A stretch of 45,325 bases of DNA from Gammaproteobacteria bacterium (GCA_030830595.1 JAURMS010000132.1:1-45325), one strand, 5' to 3'; positions 28,553 through 37,963 are shown, counted from the stretch's first letter. Made by a program: numbers and translations. The notes: generated by a model from the letters alone, not told the origin.

Positions 28553-30640
28553 TCAGCCCGTGCCGGTGAGCGCCGCCTGCTGGCGGGTCGCCAGTCGCTC
28601 CATGAAGCCTGCCGGCTCCAGGGGCTTGGCAAACAGATAACCCTGTCCCTCCAGGCAGCCTCGTTGGGCCAGCATCCGATACTGGGCCTCGGTCTCGATG
28701 CCCTCGGCCACAGTGCGCAAACCCAGTGCGCCGGCCACAGCGAGGATGGCATCCAGCACACCTTCCGCGCCCCGGTCGTCGCCCAGGTCGGACACGAAGG
28801 CCCGGTCGATCTTCACGCAGTCCACGGGCAGCGTGCGCAGGTAACTGAGCGACGAGTAGCCCGTGCCGAAGTCGTCCAGCGCGATTGAAATCCCCAGGTC
28901 GCGCAGCACCTGTAGCACTTCGAGCAGGTCTGGACCGGCGTGGATGATCATCGATTCCGTCAGCTCAATTTCCAGGGTTTCGGGCGGCAACCCGTGCCGA
29001 CTCAGGGCATCCTGGACCGTGCTGAGCAGCATGCGCGGCTGCGCCAGCTGGCGGGATGACACGTTGACCGAGACATTGAGCTCGCGGCCCTGCTCACGCC
29101 GCCAGCGTGCGGCCTCGCCACAGGCCTGATTCAGGATCCAGTCACCGATCTCGAGGATCAGCCCCGACTCTTCGGCAACGGCGATGAACTCCAGCGGGGG
29201 AATATTACCCAGCCGCGGATGTGTCCAGCGGATCAGGGCCTCGGCGCCGCGGGTGGAAAGGTCTGCCAGGTGCACTCGCGGCTGGTAGACCAGGCGGAAT
29301 TCCCCACGACGCAGGGCACCATGCATGTCCGCCTCGACTTCCAGGCGCCGGCGCGCCCGTGCCAGGATTTCCGGCGTAAAGAAGCCGTAAGCCGACCCGC
29401 CCTCCTCTGGCAATTTTGCAGCAGTGGCCTGCGAGGCATCGAGCAGCGTTTCCGCCTCGGATTCGTCCTGGGGCCAGAAGGCAATCCCGATGCGGGAGGC
29501 GAGGTTGACCGACCAGTGGGCGCCTTCCACGGGCGGGTTGAGGGCGGTGAGGATTTCCTCGGCGATGGCAGCTGCGGCATAGGTGCTGTCGCAATCCGGC
29601 AAGACCAGTGCGAAGTCTCCGCCACCGAGATGCGACAGCACGCGGCCGGCCACCACTTCCGGGCCTGCGGTACGCATGATGCGCCGCGCCGCGGTCGAGA
29701 TCGCGCGGTTGGCGCCAGCCTGGCCGGCTGATTCCAGGATACGTTCCGGTCCGCGGACGTGGATGCCCAGTACCGCCATCGGCGAGACCCGGCGTCGGCC
29801 ACTCAGGATGGCACCCAGGGAGGTGAGCAGGCTCATCCGGTTGGGGAGGCCGGTCAGTGCATCATGGAGCGTCAGGCGCTCCGCCTCCTGCTGGGCCTCG
29901 CGCAGCATGGTCACGTCCTGGACCGCCAGCGTCAGCCGTCCAGTCGGATCGCTGCCAAGCCTCGAGGCTGCATGCACGTGAATGTGAGCGCCTCCCAGCA
30001 GTTGGCAGTCCAGCCGGAAGGATTCACCGTCGCGCTGCCACTGCGCGATGCAGTAATCGAGCGCACCCCGATCCTCGATGGCCAGGGCGTCACGCAAGCC
30101 AGGCAGGCCGCGGGAGGTCACCGCTTCCCCACCAAGGATGTCGGACACCACGTCAGACACGTCGATGTTCGAGCCTTCGTGGCTCAGCTCCCAGTGCCCG
30201 ATGCGCGCCATGGACTGCACGGCGGCGAGCCGATCGCGATTGATCCGTAGCGCGCGCCGGTTGTCACGATCGCGCAGGATGAAGCGTACCCGCTCCGTCA
30301 GCAGCCGATAGCTGGAGCCCTTGGCCAGGAAGTCGGTGGCCCCGGCCTCGTAGGCGCGGCTGACCGAGGCCACGTCGTCGCGGCTGGTGAGCATCAGGAT
30401 GGGAAGGTCCATGCTGCCGGCCGCAGTGCGGATCTTCTCGCAGGCCTCGAAGCCGTTCATGCGAGGCATCATCACGTCGAGCACCACCACGTCAGGCCGG
30501 ACGTCGGAAAACATCTCGACGGCTTCCTGCCCATCATTGGCGATCACCGGCTCGAAACCGCCAGCCTCGAGTGCGGTGGTGGCAAACAACTGCGCGACGG
30601 GTTCGTCGTCGGCTACGAGGATTCGGGGCTTGTCGCTCAT
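28553..30640 (-). CDS. Response regulator with REC-PAS-GGDEF(degenerate)-EAL architecture (probable c-di-GMP phosphodiesterase)
   Basis: ATG at 30640 (ATGA overlap with the upstream kinase stop) gives 695 aa. REC is canonical (ILVADDEP...VVLDVMMP). PAS-like segment (ARIGHWELS). The GGDEF site reads LGGGDF. EAL motifs are intact (GAEALIRW, DDFGTGYSS, KIDRAF, EGIET, QGY). Confidence 0.85.
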   Translation of the reverse strand: MSDKPRILVADDEPVAQLFATTALEAGGFEPVIANDGQEAVEMFSDVRPDVVVLDVMMPRMNGFEACEKIRTAAGSMDLPILMLTSRDDVASVSRAYEAGATDFLAKGSSYRLLTERVRFILRDRDNRRALRINRDRLAAVQSMARIGHWELSHEGSNIDVSDVVSDILGGEAVTSRGLPGLRDALAIEDRGALDYCIAQWQRDGESFRLDCQLLGGAHIHVHAASRLGSDPTGRLTLAVQDVTMLREAQQEAERLTLHDALTGLPNRMSLLTSLGAILSGRRRVSPMAVLGIHVRGPERILESAGQAGANRAISTAARRIMRTAGPEVVAGRVLSHLGGGDFALVLPDCDSTYAAAAIAEEILTALNPPVEGAHWSVNLASRIGIAFWPQDESEAETLLDASQATAAKLPEEGGSAYGFFTPEILARARRRLEVEADMHGALRRGEFRLVYQPRVHLADLSTRGAEALIRWTHPRLGNIPPLEFIAVAEESGLILEIGDWILNQACGEAARWRREQGRELNVSVNVSSRQLAQPRMLLSTVQDALSRHGLPPETLEIELTESMIIHAGPDLLEVLQVLRDLGISIALDDFGTGYSSLSYLRTLPVDCVKIDRAFVSDLGDDRGAEGVLDAILAVAGALGLRTVAEGIETEAQYRMLAQRGCLEGQGYLFAKPLEPAGFMERLATRQQAALTGTG

Positions 30641-33372
30641 GCGACCCGCTCCTCCTGCTGGGCAATGGCCGACAGGGCCTTGACCAGCACCCGGAACTCC
30701 GGACGGAGTTGCTTGGCCTCCTTGCGGGCGATCGCCTCGTCCTTGACCTTGGCAGCGGCCTCGCACTCGCTGGCGACGTTCGCGAAGCGCCGGCCGCCGA
30801 CGCTGAGCGAGGAAGACTTGATGGCGTGGGCCACGTGTTCGACGGCGAGGATGTCGCCGCTCTCGAAGGCAGCGTCGAGCTCGTCGAGTTTCTGTGCCGT
30901 CTGCTTGAGGAACAACAGGATGGCCTGGCGCACGATCTGCGGCTTGCCAATGGCCCGCAGCTCGTCGATCTGTGTGGTGTCGAGGACCGGCGCGCTGCCT
31001 TCCTGGGCGAGCGGTTCCTGGGTCGCCTCCGGGGTCGGTGCCGGGCGTGCTGCGTTGACCTCACCGGTCACGCCGGTCACGGCCTGCAGCATGGCCTGGA
31101 GCTTGTGCAGGGTGAAGGGCTTGGAGAGAAATTCGTCCATGCCGGCCTCGAGGCATTCCTCGCGATCCCCCTGCAGGGCGTTGGCGGTCAGCGCCACGAT
31201 GGGGACAGGCTTGCGGCCGCTCGTGGCCTCGCCCGCGCGAATCCGCCGCGTGGATTCGTAGCCGTCCATCAACGGCATCTGGCAATCCATGAGCACTACG
31301 TCGAACTGCCGTCCAAGGGCATAGTCCATGCCCAGCGAACCATCGCTGGCTACCGTCACCTCGCAACCCAGGGTTTCAAGCATGCCGCAGGCCACTTCCT
31401 GGTTGACCGGGCTGTCCTCGACCAGCAACACCTTCAGCTTCAGGCTGCGCAGCGCATCGCGCTGGCTGCCGGCACGGCGCTGTTCGGCACCGGCGATGCC
31501 GAGGGCCAACTCGACAGACTCGATGAGTCGCAGGCGGCGCACGGGGAGGACCAACCACTCCTCCGGCGCGGTCGCGGTGAAATCGTCCGCCTGGGCTCGA
31601 CCATTGACGGTGGTCAGCATGACGACCGGCATGGTGGAGCCCGGCCGAGCCCTGACGCCATCGAGGAATTCCGGCCCCTTCATGTCTGGCAGTCGCTGGT
31701 TGGCAATCATCAGCGTGAACGGCCCATCGGAGCGCAGGGCATCCATCGCGCGGTGCGCGGTGTTGGCCCAGTGCACCTTCGCGCCGGCGACCTTCAGCAT
31801 GGCGGTGATGGCATCCGCGGTCGCCTTGCTGGGCTCGACGATCAGCACCGACTGGCCCGGCGGCAGCGTCCACCGCTTGCGTTCCTGGTTCTCGACGGCA
31901 TGACTCAACGGCACCTCGACCCAGAAGGTGGAGCCCTTGCCGAGCTTGCTGGTGACACCGATCTCGCCGTGCAGCAGCTCGGTGAGCTGCTTGGTAATGG
32001 CCAGCCCCAGACCAGTACCGCCGTGCTTGCGGGTCTCGAAGGAATCGACCTGGGTAAAGGCCTCGAAGACGCTGTCCAGCGCTTCGGCCGGGATGCCGAG
32101 CCCGGTGTCCTCTACTTCTATGCGGATCCGAATACCTTCCTCTTCGGCCGACAGCAGCCGGGTCCGAACCAGTACATGGCCCTGCTCGGTGTACTTGATG
32201 GCGTTGCCGAGCAGGTTGGTGACGACCTGGCGCAGCCGGATCACGTCGCCGCGGGCGATTTCGGGGATGTGTGGATCGATGTGGCAGGCGAGGTCCAGCT
32301 TCCGCTCTTCCGCACGGGCCGCGAGCAGGTCGCAAACGTCCTCGATCATCTCGACCAGCGGGAAGTCTTCGTTGAGCACCACCAGCTTGCCGGCTTCGAT
32401 CTTGGAAAAATCCAGGATGTCGTTGATGATTTCCAGCAGCGCGTCGGCAGAGCGACGAATCGTGCCCAGCATGCGCACCTGACGAGCGTCCAGCTGGGTG
32501 TTCTGCAGCAGCTCGGCCATGCCGACCACGCCGTTCATCGGGGTGCGGATTTCGTGGCTCATGCGGGCGAGGAAGTCTCCCTTGGCCCGGCTGGAATGCT
32601 CGGCGCTGGCTGCGGCTGTCTGCAGCTTGCGAGTCCGCTCGACCACCTGCTCCTGCAGTTGACGGCGGTGCTCGGCAAGGTGCTGGTCGCGTACCTTGAT
32701 CTGGCCGATCATTTCATTGAAACGGTTGATCAGGCTGCCGAGCTCTTCCGGTCCCTGGGGCTCGATGCGCACCGAGAAATCCTGGTCCTGCCCGACCTTG
32801 GCCATGGTGCCGAGCAGTTCCTGGATCGGCGTCGTGATGGTGTTGCGGATCCGGCGGGTGCTGACGCTGGCGATCAGGAGCGTGAGCAGGAAGATGCCGC
32901 CCTGGATGGGCAGCAGCTTGACCACCGCGCCGAGCGCGTGGTGCCTTGAAAGGGTCACTTCCAGCAAGCCGACGTTCACGCCGCTACTGGTGAGGGCCAT
33001 TGCCACACTGGCGGGCGGCAGTTGCTGATCGATCGCGGCGATGCCGAGGCCCGCCTCGCCCAGCCTGCGGGTGGCCAGGATGTTCCCCTCGATCCCCTGC
33101 AGCGAAATGGCCGCCGCGCCCTCGCCCACCGTGATCGAGTCGACGACGGCCTGTGCTGCCAGGGCATCCGAGAAGAACGCCGCTGCGGTAGCGGCCTCGG
33201 TCTTGCCGGTCAGTGCCGCCCGGGCGCTGTTGGCCACGTCCTGCATGGCAAGGTGATAGGCGAGCCCGCTGGTCAGGAAGATACCGGCGAGCAGGGCTGA
33301 GCCGGCAGTGACTCCCACCAGCCTTCGCATTTGCCCCGCCAGGGAGCCTTCAGGTTGCCAGATCTTGGCCAT
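30637..33372 (-). CDS. Hybrid sensor histidine kinase: TM-periplasmic sensor-TM-HAMP-HisKA-HATPase-REC(degenerate)-REC-HPt
   Basis: 911 aa. Two TM segments flank a sensor of about 130 aa. Motifs: HAMP, H-box SHEIRTPMNG, N/G boxes (LLGNAIKYT, DTGLGIP, GGTGLGLAI). REC1 has EP and N in place of the acidic and phospho-acceptor residues (LIVEPS, MIANQRLPDM). REC2 is canonical (LLVEDSPVN, VLMDCQMPLMDG). HPt: HAIKSSS. Confidence 0.88.
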   Translation of the reverse strand: MAKIWQPEGSLAGQMRRLVGVTAGSALLAGIFLTSGLAYHLAMQDVANSARAALTGKTEAATAAAFFSDALAAQAVVDSITVGEGAAAISLQGIEGNILATRRLGEAGLGIAAIDQQLPPASVAMALTSSGVNVGLLEVTLSRHHALGAVVKLLPIQGGIFLLTLLIASVSTRRIRNTITTPIQELLGTMAKVGQDQDFSVRIEPQGPEELGSLINRFNEMIGQIKVRDQHLAEHRRQLQEQVVERTRKLQTAAASAEHSSRAKGDFLARMSHEIRTPMNGVVGMAELLQNTQLDARQVRMLGTIRRSADALLEIINDILDFSKIEAGKLVVLNEDFPLVEMIEDVCDLLAARAEERKLDLACHIDPHIPEIARGDVIRLRQVVTNLLGNAIKYTEQGHVLVRTRLLSAEEEGIRIRIEVEDTGLGIPAEALDSVFEAFTQVDSFETRKHGGTGLGLAITKQLTELLHGEIGVTSKLGKGSTFWVEVPLSHAVENQERKRWTLPPGQSVLIVEPSKATADAITAMLKVAGAKVHWANTAHRAMDALRSDGPFTLMIANQRLPDMKGPEFLDGVRARPGSTMPVVMLTTVNGRAQADDFTATAPEEWLVLPVRRLRLIESVELALGIAGAEQRRAGSQRDALRSLKLKVLLVEDSPVNQEVACGMLETLGCEVTVASDGSLGMDYALGRQFDVVLMDCQMPLMDGYESTRRIRAGEATSGRKPVPIVALTANALQGDREECLEAGMDEFLSKPFTLHKLQAMLQAVTGVTGEVNAARPAPTPEATQEPLAQEGSAPVLDTTQIDELRAIGKPQIVRQAILLFLKQTAQKLDELDAAFESGDILAVEHVAHAIKSSSLSVGGRRFANVASECEAAAKVKDEAIARKEAKQLRPEFRVLVKALSAIAQQEERVA

Positions 33373-33487
33373 GCCTCGCCTTTCCGGTCTCGACTTGCGC
33401 TGCCGGAAATCTTACAGAATATGGATTCTGCCCGGCCGCCGGCCGCGAAAACGTGAGGGATTTCACTAAGCTGGCGGAGCCAGGGGC

Positions 33488-34417
33488 TCAGGTTTTGCGC
33501 AGGCTCCCGACCAGTGCCCCGACCGACTCGAAGCCTTGGTTGGATAGATATTCAGAGATTCCTGAATTGATCTTCGGGCATAGCAGCGGATCGTAGAACA
33601 GGCCCGTGCCGATCCCGACGGCCGACGCACCGGCAATGATGAACTCCAGGGCATCCTCGGCCGAGCAGATCCCGCCCTGGCCGATGATGGGGATGCCGGC
33701 CGGACCCGCCACCTCGTAGACCTGGTGCACCTTCAGCAGGGCGATGGGCTTGATGGCGGGACCGGACAGGCCGCCCTGCACGTTGCCGATCACCGGTCGG
33801 CGACTGCTGATGTCGATGGCCATGCCCGAGATGGTGTTGATGACTGCCAGCGCATCGCTGCCGGCCTCGATGCAGCGGCGGGCATTTTCCCGGATGTCGG
33901 TCTGGTTGGGCGACAGCTTGGTGATCAGCGGCTTGCGGGTGGCCTTGCGACAGGCCTCCACCACGCGTGCCGACATCTCCGGGTAGTTGCCGAACTGCAC
34001 GCCACCTTCCTTGACGTTTGGGCAGGAGATGTTCACCTCGATGGCGTCGATGGGCGAATCGTCGAAGCGGCGTGTCACCTCGACGTATTCCTCGATGGTC
34101 GAGCCACTGACGTTGGCAAAGAACCGGGTCTCTTCACGATCGAGGGTGGGCAGGATCTGGTCCACCACGTAATCCGCCCCGGGGTTCTGCAGGCCGATGG
34201 CGTTGATCATGCCCATGGCGGTTTCGGTCACGCGGTGCGGCGGGTTGCCCAGCCGCGCGGAGCCTGTGGTGCCCTTCAGCACCACTGCGCCGACATCGCG
34301 GTTGGAAAAACCCTCGACGCGGGTGTATTCCTCGCCAAAGCCTACGCAGCCGGACAGCAGCACGATGGGCGAGTTGAGTCGCAGTCCGCAGAAGTCGATG
34401 GCCAGGAGGGGATTCAC
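33488..34417 (-). CDS. pyrD: Class 1 (1B-like catalytic subunit) dihydroorotate dehydrogenase family protein
   Basis: 309 aa. GLRLNSPIVLLSGCVGFG, NISCPNVKEGG (Cys catalytic base, a class-1 hallmark), GGLSGPAIKP, IIGQGGI. Close by eye to Bacillus PyrD (1B). The gene symbol refers to the family only. Confidence 0.75.
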   Translation of the reverse strand: MNPLLAIDFCGLRLNSPIVLLSGCVGFGEEYTRVEGFSNRDVGAVVLKGTTGSARLGNPPHRVTETAMGMINAIGLQNPGADYVVDQILPTLDREETRFFANVSGSTIEEYVEVTRRFDDSPIDAIEVNISCPNVKEGGVQFGNYPEMSARVVEACRKATRKPLITKLSPNQTDIRENARRCIEAGSDALAVINTISGMAIDISSRRPVIGNVQGGLSGPAIKPIALLKVHQVYEVAGPAGIPIIGQGGICSAEDALEFIIAGASAVGIGTGLFYDPLLCPKINSGISEYLSNQGFESVGALVGSLRKT

Positions 34418-34420
34418 CGT

Positions 34421-35617
34421 TCAGTTACCGGGCAGCAGGGGTGCCACCAGCCCGGCGACCCGCGGCAGGTTGTCCTCGTTGAGCCCGGCCAGGTTGGCTC
34501 GGCTGTCGTAACCCATATAGATGTGGTGCTGCTCGCGCAGGGTGTTCACGTCATCACGGGCGATGCCGAGGAGTGAGAACATGCCTCGCTGCCGGGTGAT
34601 CCAGCTGGCGTCATAGCCGGGCCGCGCGGCCATGATGCCCTCGGCGAGCTTCGAGCGCAGCCCCCGGATATGGGCACACATGCTGGCCAGCTCACTGCGC
34701 CAGGCCGTCTCCCTCTGGGGGTCGGTCAGTATCCTTTCCACGATCAGTGCCCCATGAGCAGGCGGCATGGAGTACATGGCCCTCGCCGCCTTGTTGGCAT
34801 GGCTCTCGATGGCCGAGGCGCGATCTCGATCTTCGGCGAGTACCAGCAGGGCACCGGTACGCTCACGGTAGAGCCCGAAATTCTTCGAGGACGAGACCGC
34901 CACCAGCATCTCGGGGACTTGGCGAGCAGCCTCGCGGATGGGCCATGCGTCGGTGTCAGGATCGTCGCCTAGGCCCTGATAAGCGATATCGAAAAAGGGC
35001 ACCAGGCGGCGCGCGGTGATCACCGCCAGGATCTGTTCCCACTGCTCGCGAGTGGGGTCCACTCCGGTCGGGTTGTGGCAGGAGGCCTGTAACAGCACCA
35101 AGGTTCCCGGGCTGGCCACCGAGAGCGCGTCCAGCACCGGCTGCAGCACCACGCTGCGGGTGGCGGGGTCATAGTAGGGATGGCGCAGCAGCTGCAGGCC
35201 GCCCCCTGATAAGAGTGGCCCATGGTTCGGCCAGGTCGGGTCACCCAGCAGGAGGGTGGCCCCCGGCTGCGCGCGCTGCACCAGTTCCGCACCGAGGCGG
35301 AGCGCCCCGCAGCCGCCCGCCGCCTGCAGGACGGCGGTGCGTAAGCGCAGGCCCGCCGCCTGTTCCCCCATGACCAGCTTGAAGATCCCCTCGCGGAAAC
35401 CGGGCGAGCCGGCGGCCGGCAGGTAGACCTTGGTGGCCTGCGAGGCGATCAGTGCCTGCTCGGCCTCTTTCACCACGGTCATGACCGGGGTGTTACCCGC
35501 GCGATCCTTGTATACCCCAACGCTGAGATCGACCTTGTCCGGTGAAGGATCCTCACGGAATGCGGCACCGAGGCCGAGGATCGGGTCGGGGGGTAACTGC
35601 TCCAGCGTGGCGAACAT
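34421..35617 (-). CDS. Aspartate/aromatic amino acid aminotransferase (AspC/TyrB class I)
   Basis: 398 aa. Collinear with E. coli AspC (PPDPILGL, VGVYKD, CHNPTGVDP, PLP-lysine SSSKNFGLYRERTGA, PPAHGA). The stop lies 3 nt before the pyrD-like start. Confidence 0.88.
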   Translation of the reverse strand: MFATLEQLPPDPILGLGAAFREDPSPDKVDLSVGVYKDRAGNTPVMTVVKEAEQALIASQATKVYLPAAGSPGFREGIFKLVMGEQAAGLRLRTAVLQAAGGCGALRLGAELVQRAQPGATLLLGDPTWPNHGPLLSGGGLQLLRHPYYDPATRSVVLQPVLDALSVASPGTLVLLQASCHNPTGVDPTREQWEQILAVITARRLVPFFDIAYQGLGDDPDTDAWPIREAARQVPEMLVAVSSSKNFGLYRERTGALLVLAEDRDRASAIESHANKAARAMYSMPPAHGALIVERILTDPQRETAWRSELASMCAHIRGLRSKLAEGIMAARPGYDASWITRQRGMFSLLGIARDDVNTLREQHHIYMGYDSRANLAGLNEDNLPRVAGLVAPLLPGN

Positions 35618-35680
35618 GGGACTCCTGGATGAAAAGAACGGCCGGACGGCGTGTATCTTAACCGTTCAGGAAGCGCCCAC

Positions 35681-36163
35681 ATGTTTCACGTCATTCTCTA
35701 CGCCCCGCAAATTCCGCCCAACGCCGGCAACGCCATGCGCTTGTGCGCCAACACCGGCGCCACGCTGCACCTGGTGGAACCGCTGGGGTTCAACCTCGAG
35801 GATCGCCAGCTGCGCCGGGCCGGATTGGACTATCGGGACCTCGCCCGGCTGGTGGTGCACCCGGACCTGTCAGGATGCCTTGCCAGCTTGCCCGGGGCCC
35901 GGGTTTTCCCGGTCGAGACGACGGGTCGGCGGCTCTACACCGAGCAGGCGTTTTCACCCGGCGACGCGTTCCTGTTCGGGCGGGAGACGGAGGGCCTGCC
36001 GGCGGAGCTGCTGCAGGGGTTTCCACCGGAAAGCGTGCTGCGACTGCCCATGCAGCCCGGCAACCGCAGCCTGAACCTTTCAAACAGCGTGGCGGTGGTG
36101 GTCTTCGAAGCCTGGCGCCAGCAGGGCTTCGCGCCTACTCCGCCGAGACCGCCCGGCTCATGA
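35681..36163 (+). CDS. trmL: tRNA (cytidine/uridine-2'-O-)-methyltransferase TrmL (SpoU/TrmH family)
   Basis: ATG at 35681 (AGGAAG 8 nt upstream) gives 160 aa. MFHVILYAPQIPPNAGNAMRLCANTGATLHLVEPLGF, FLFGRETEGLP, SLNLSNSVAVVVFEAWRQ. Confidence 0.85.
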   Translation: MFHVILYAPQIPPNAGNAMRLCANTGATLHLVEPLGFNLEDRQLRRAGLDYRDLARLVVHPDLSGCLASLPGARVFPVETTGRRLYTEQAFSPGDAFLFGRETEGLPAELLQGFPPESVLRLPMQPGNRSLNLSNSVAVVVFEAWRQQGFAPTPPRPPGS

Positions 36164-37133
36164 GGATGTCCACCACCTCGGCAATATCCAGGCCCTCGTA
36201 GGTCACCCGGTAGACCTGCTCGCAGATGGGCATGTCCACCTCGAGGCGGGTGGCGACTTGCCGCACGGCCCTGGCCGCGTGGTAGCCCTCCACGACCTGG
36301 CCAATATCACGGATCGCTTCCTCGACCTTGCGGCCGCTGGCGACTGCCTTGCCGAAGCGGCGGTTGCGCGACTGGTCGTCGGTGCAGGTCAGCACCAGGT
36401 CGCCCAGCCCGGTCAGGCCCATGAAGGTGTCACGCTGGGCACCCAGGGCCAGGCCGAGGCGGACCATCTCGGCCAGGCCGCGGGTGATCAGGAAGACCCG
36501 CGCATTGGCCCCGAAGCCCATGCCGTCGGCCGCGCCGGCAGCGATGGCGATGACGTTCTTGACCGCGCCACCGACCTCGACGCCGATGATGTCCGACTGG
36601 GTGTAGGCGCGCAGATGGGGGGTGGAGATGCTCTGAGCCAGCTCCAGTGCGAAGTCGGGATCCGGCGAGGCGCAGGCGATGGCCGTGGGCAGGCCCTTGC
36701 CGACCTCGCTTGCGAAGGTCGGGCCCGAGAGCACGGCCAGGGGAATGTCGCCGCCGAGCACCTCAGTGGCCACCTGATGCGGCAGCTTGCCGGTGGACAG
36801 CTCGAAGCCCTTGGTGGCCCAGGCTATCCGGGCGCCCGGTTTCAGCAGCGGCTTCAGCTGCTGCAGGACGGAGCGCAAGGCGCTGGAGGGCACGACCAGC
36901 AGCAGGTCCAACGAGGCGTCCACCGCGCGAGCCAGGTCCGCCTCGATCGACAGCGCGTCCGGAAAGTCAGCGCCCGGGAGATACCGGGTATTGCATCGCT
37001 CACGGGCCAGCCGCTCCGGCTCGTCTTCGGCCCGACCCCAGAGGATCGTTGGCCTGCCGGCGCGGGCGAACTGGATGGCCAGCGCCGTGCCCCAGGAGCC
37101 GGCGCCGATCACCGTGATGGGCGGCGCGCTCAC
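36135..37133 (-). CDS. gpsA: NAD(P)H-dependent glycerol-3-phosphate dehydrogenase
   Basis: 332 aa. ITVIGAGSWGTALA, KGFE, GPTFASEV, NRRFG. The 3' end overlaps the convergent trmL 3' end by 29 nt. Confidence 0.93.
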   Translation of the reverse strand: MSAPPITVIGAGSWGTALAIQFARAGRPTILWGRAEDEPERLARERCNTRYLPGADFPDALSIEADLARAVDASLDLLLVVPSSALRSVLQQLKPLLKPGARIAWATKGFELSTGKLPHQVATEVLGGDIPLAVLSGPTFASEVGKGLPTAIACASPDPDFALELAQSISTPHLRAYTQSDIIGVEVGGAVKNVIAIAAGAADGMGFGANARVFLITRGLAEMVRLGLALGAQRDTFMGLTGLGDLVLTCTDDQSRNRRFGKAVASGRKVEEAIRDIGQVVEGYHAARAVRQVATRLEVDMPICEQVYRVTYEGLDIAEVVDILMSRAVSAE

Positions 37134-37143
37134 CGCCGCCTGC

Positions 37144-37653
37144 TCAGTTCACCTGCTGGGGAGCGGCTTCGGCCCCCGGCTGTTGCTGGGCAGCGCGCTC
37201 CTGCAGCGAACGCTCGTACAGCGCATCGAAGTTCACCGGAGGCAGGAAGAAGGGCGGGAAGCCGCCCTTGACCACCAGGTCGGAGACCGTCTGGCGGATG
37301 TAGGGGAACAGCACGTTCGGTGCGAAGGCGCCGAGGATGCGCCGGGAATCGTCGGCGCCGAAACCGCGCACCGTGAACAGGCCGGCCTGCTTCACCTCGG
37401 CGACGTAGACCGGTGCATCCCCATTCTTGGCCTCGAGCGTGACCGTGAGCACGACCTCATGCGCATCGCCACCCTTGTGGGACGAACTCGCATTGATGTT
37501 CAGCTGGATCTTGGGATCCGGGTTCTGGGCCGGCAGGAACGGGCCGTTGGGCGACTCGAAGGACAGGTCCTTGATGTAGACGTTCTGCAGCGAGACGTTC
37601 TGGCCCTGGCCGTTGGGGGCAGCGGCTTCCGGGGTAGGGGTTTCTTCAGCCAT
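37144..37653 (-). CDS. secB: Protein-export chaperone SecB
   Basis: 169 aa. ...LQNVYIKDLSFESPN..., FPYIRQTVSDLVVKGGFPPFFLPPVNFDALY, and an acidic/Gln-rich tail. Confidence 0.93.
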   Translation of the reverse strand: MAEETPTPEAAAPNGQGQNVSLQNVYIKDLSFESPNGPFLPAQNPDPKIQLNINASSSHKGGDAHEVVLTVTLEAKNGDAPVYVAEVKQAGLFTVRGFGADDSRRILGAFAPNVLFPYIRQTVSDLVVKGGFPPFFLPPVNFDALYERSLQERAAQQQPGAEAAPQQVN

Positions 37654-37688
37654 GTTCAGTGATCCTTATATAGCAAGCGATAGGAAGT

Positions 37689-37961
37689 TCAGCCGCTCGG
37701 CGAGGCGGCCAGCAAGCGGTCGAGCTCGCCGCTGCGCTCGGCAGCCGCGAGGTCGTCGGAGCCACCCACGTGGTGATCACCGATGAAAATCTGGGGTACG
37801 GTGCGCCGACCCGTGGTCTCGATCATGTGCTGGCGGAGGCTGGGATCGGTCTCGATGTTCACTTCCCTCCACTGCACCCCCTTGCGCTGCAGGATCGCCT
37901 TGGCCCGCACGCAGTAGGGACACCATGAGGAGACGTACATCACCACCTCGGGACCGGCCAT
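37689..37961 (-). CDS. grxC: Glutaredoxin 3
   Basis: ATG at 37961 gives 90 aa (the track ORF starts at a TTG 6 nt upstream). CPYC active site, TVPQIFI, GG.DDL. Confidence 0.9.
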   Translation of the reverse strand: MAGPEVVMYVSSWCPYCVRAKAILQRKGVQWREVNIETDPSLRQHMIETTGRRTVPQIFIGDHHVGGSDDLAAAERSGELDRLLAASPSG

Positions 37962-37963
37962 GT

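Noticed and set aside
30571-32949. 792-aa + strand ORF opposite the hybrid histidine kinase
   Set aside because: Antisense artefact with low-complexity Gly/Arg/Leu/Asp-rich sequence. The sense strand carries complete HisKA, HATPase, REC and HPt motifs.
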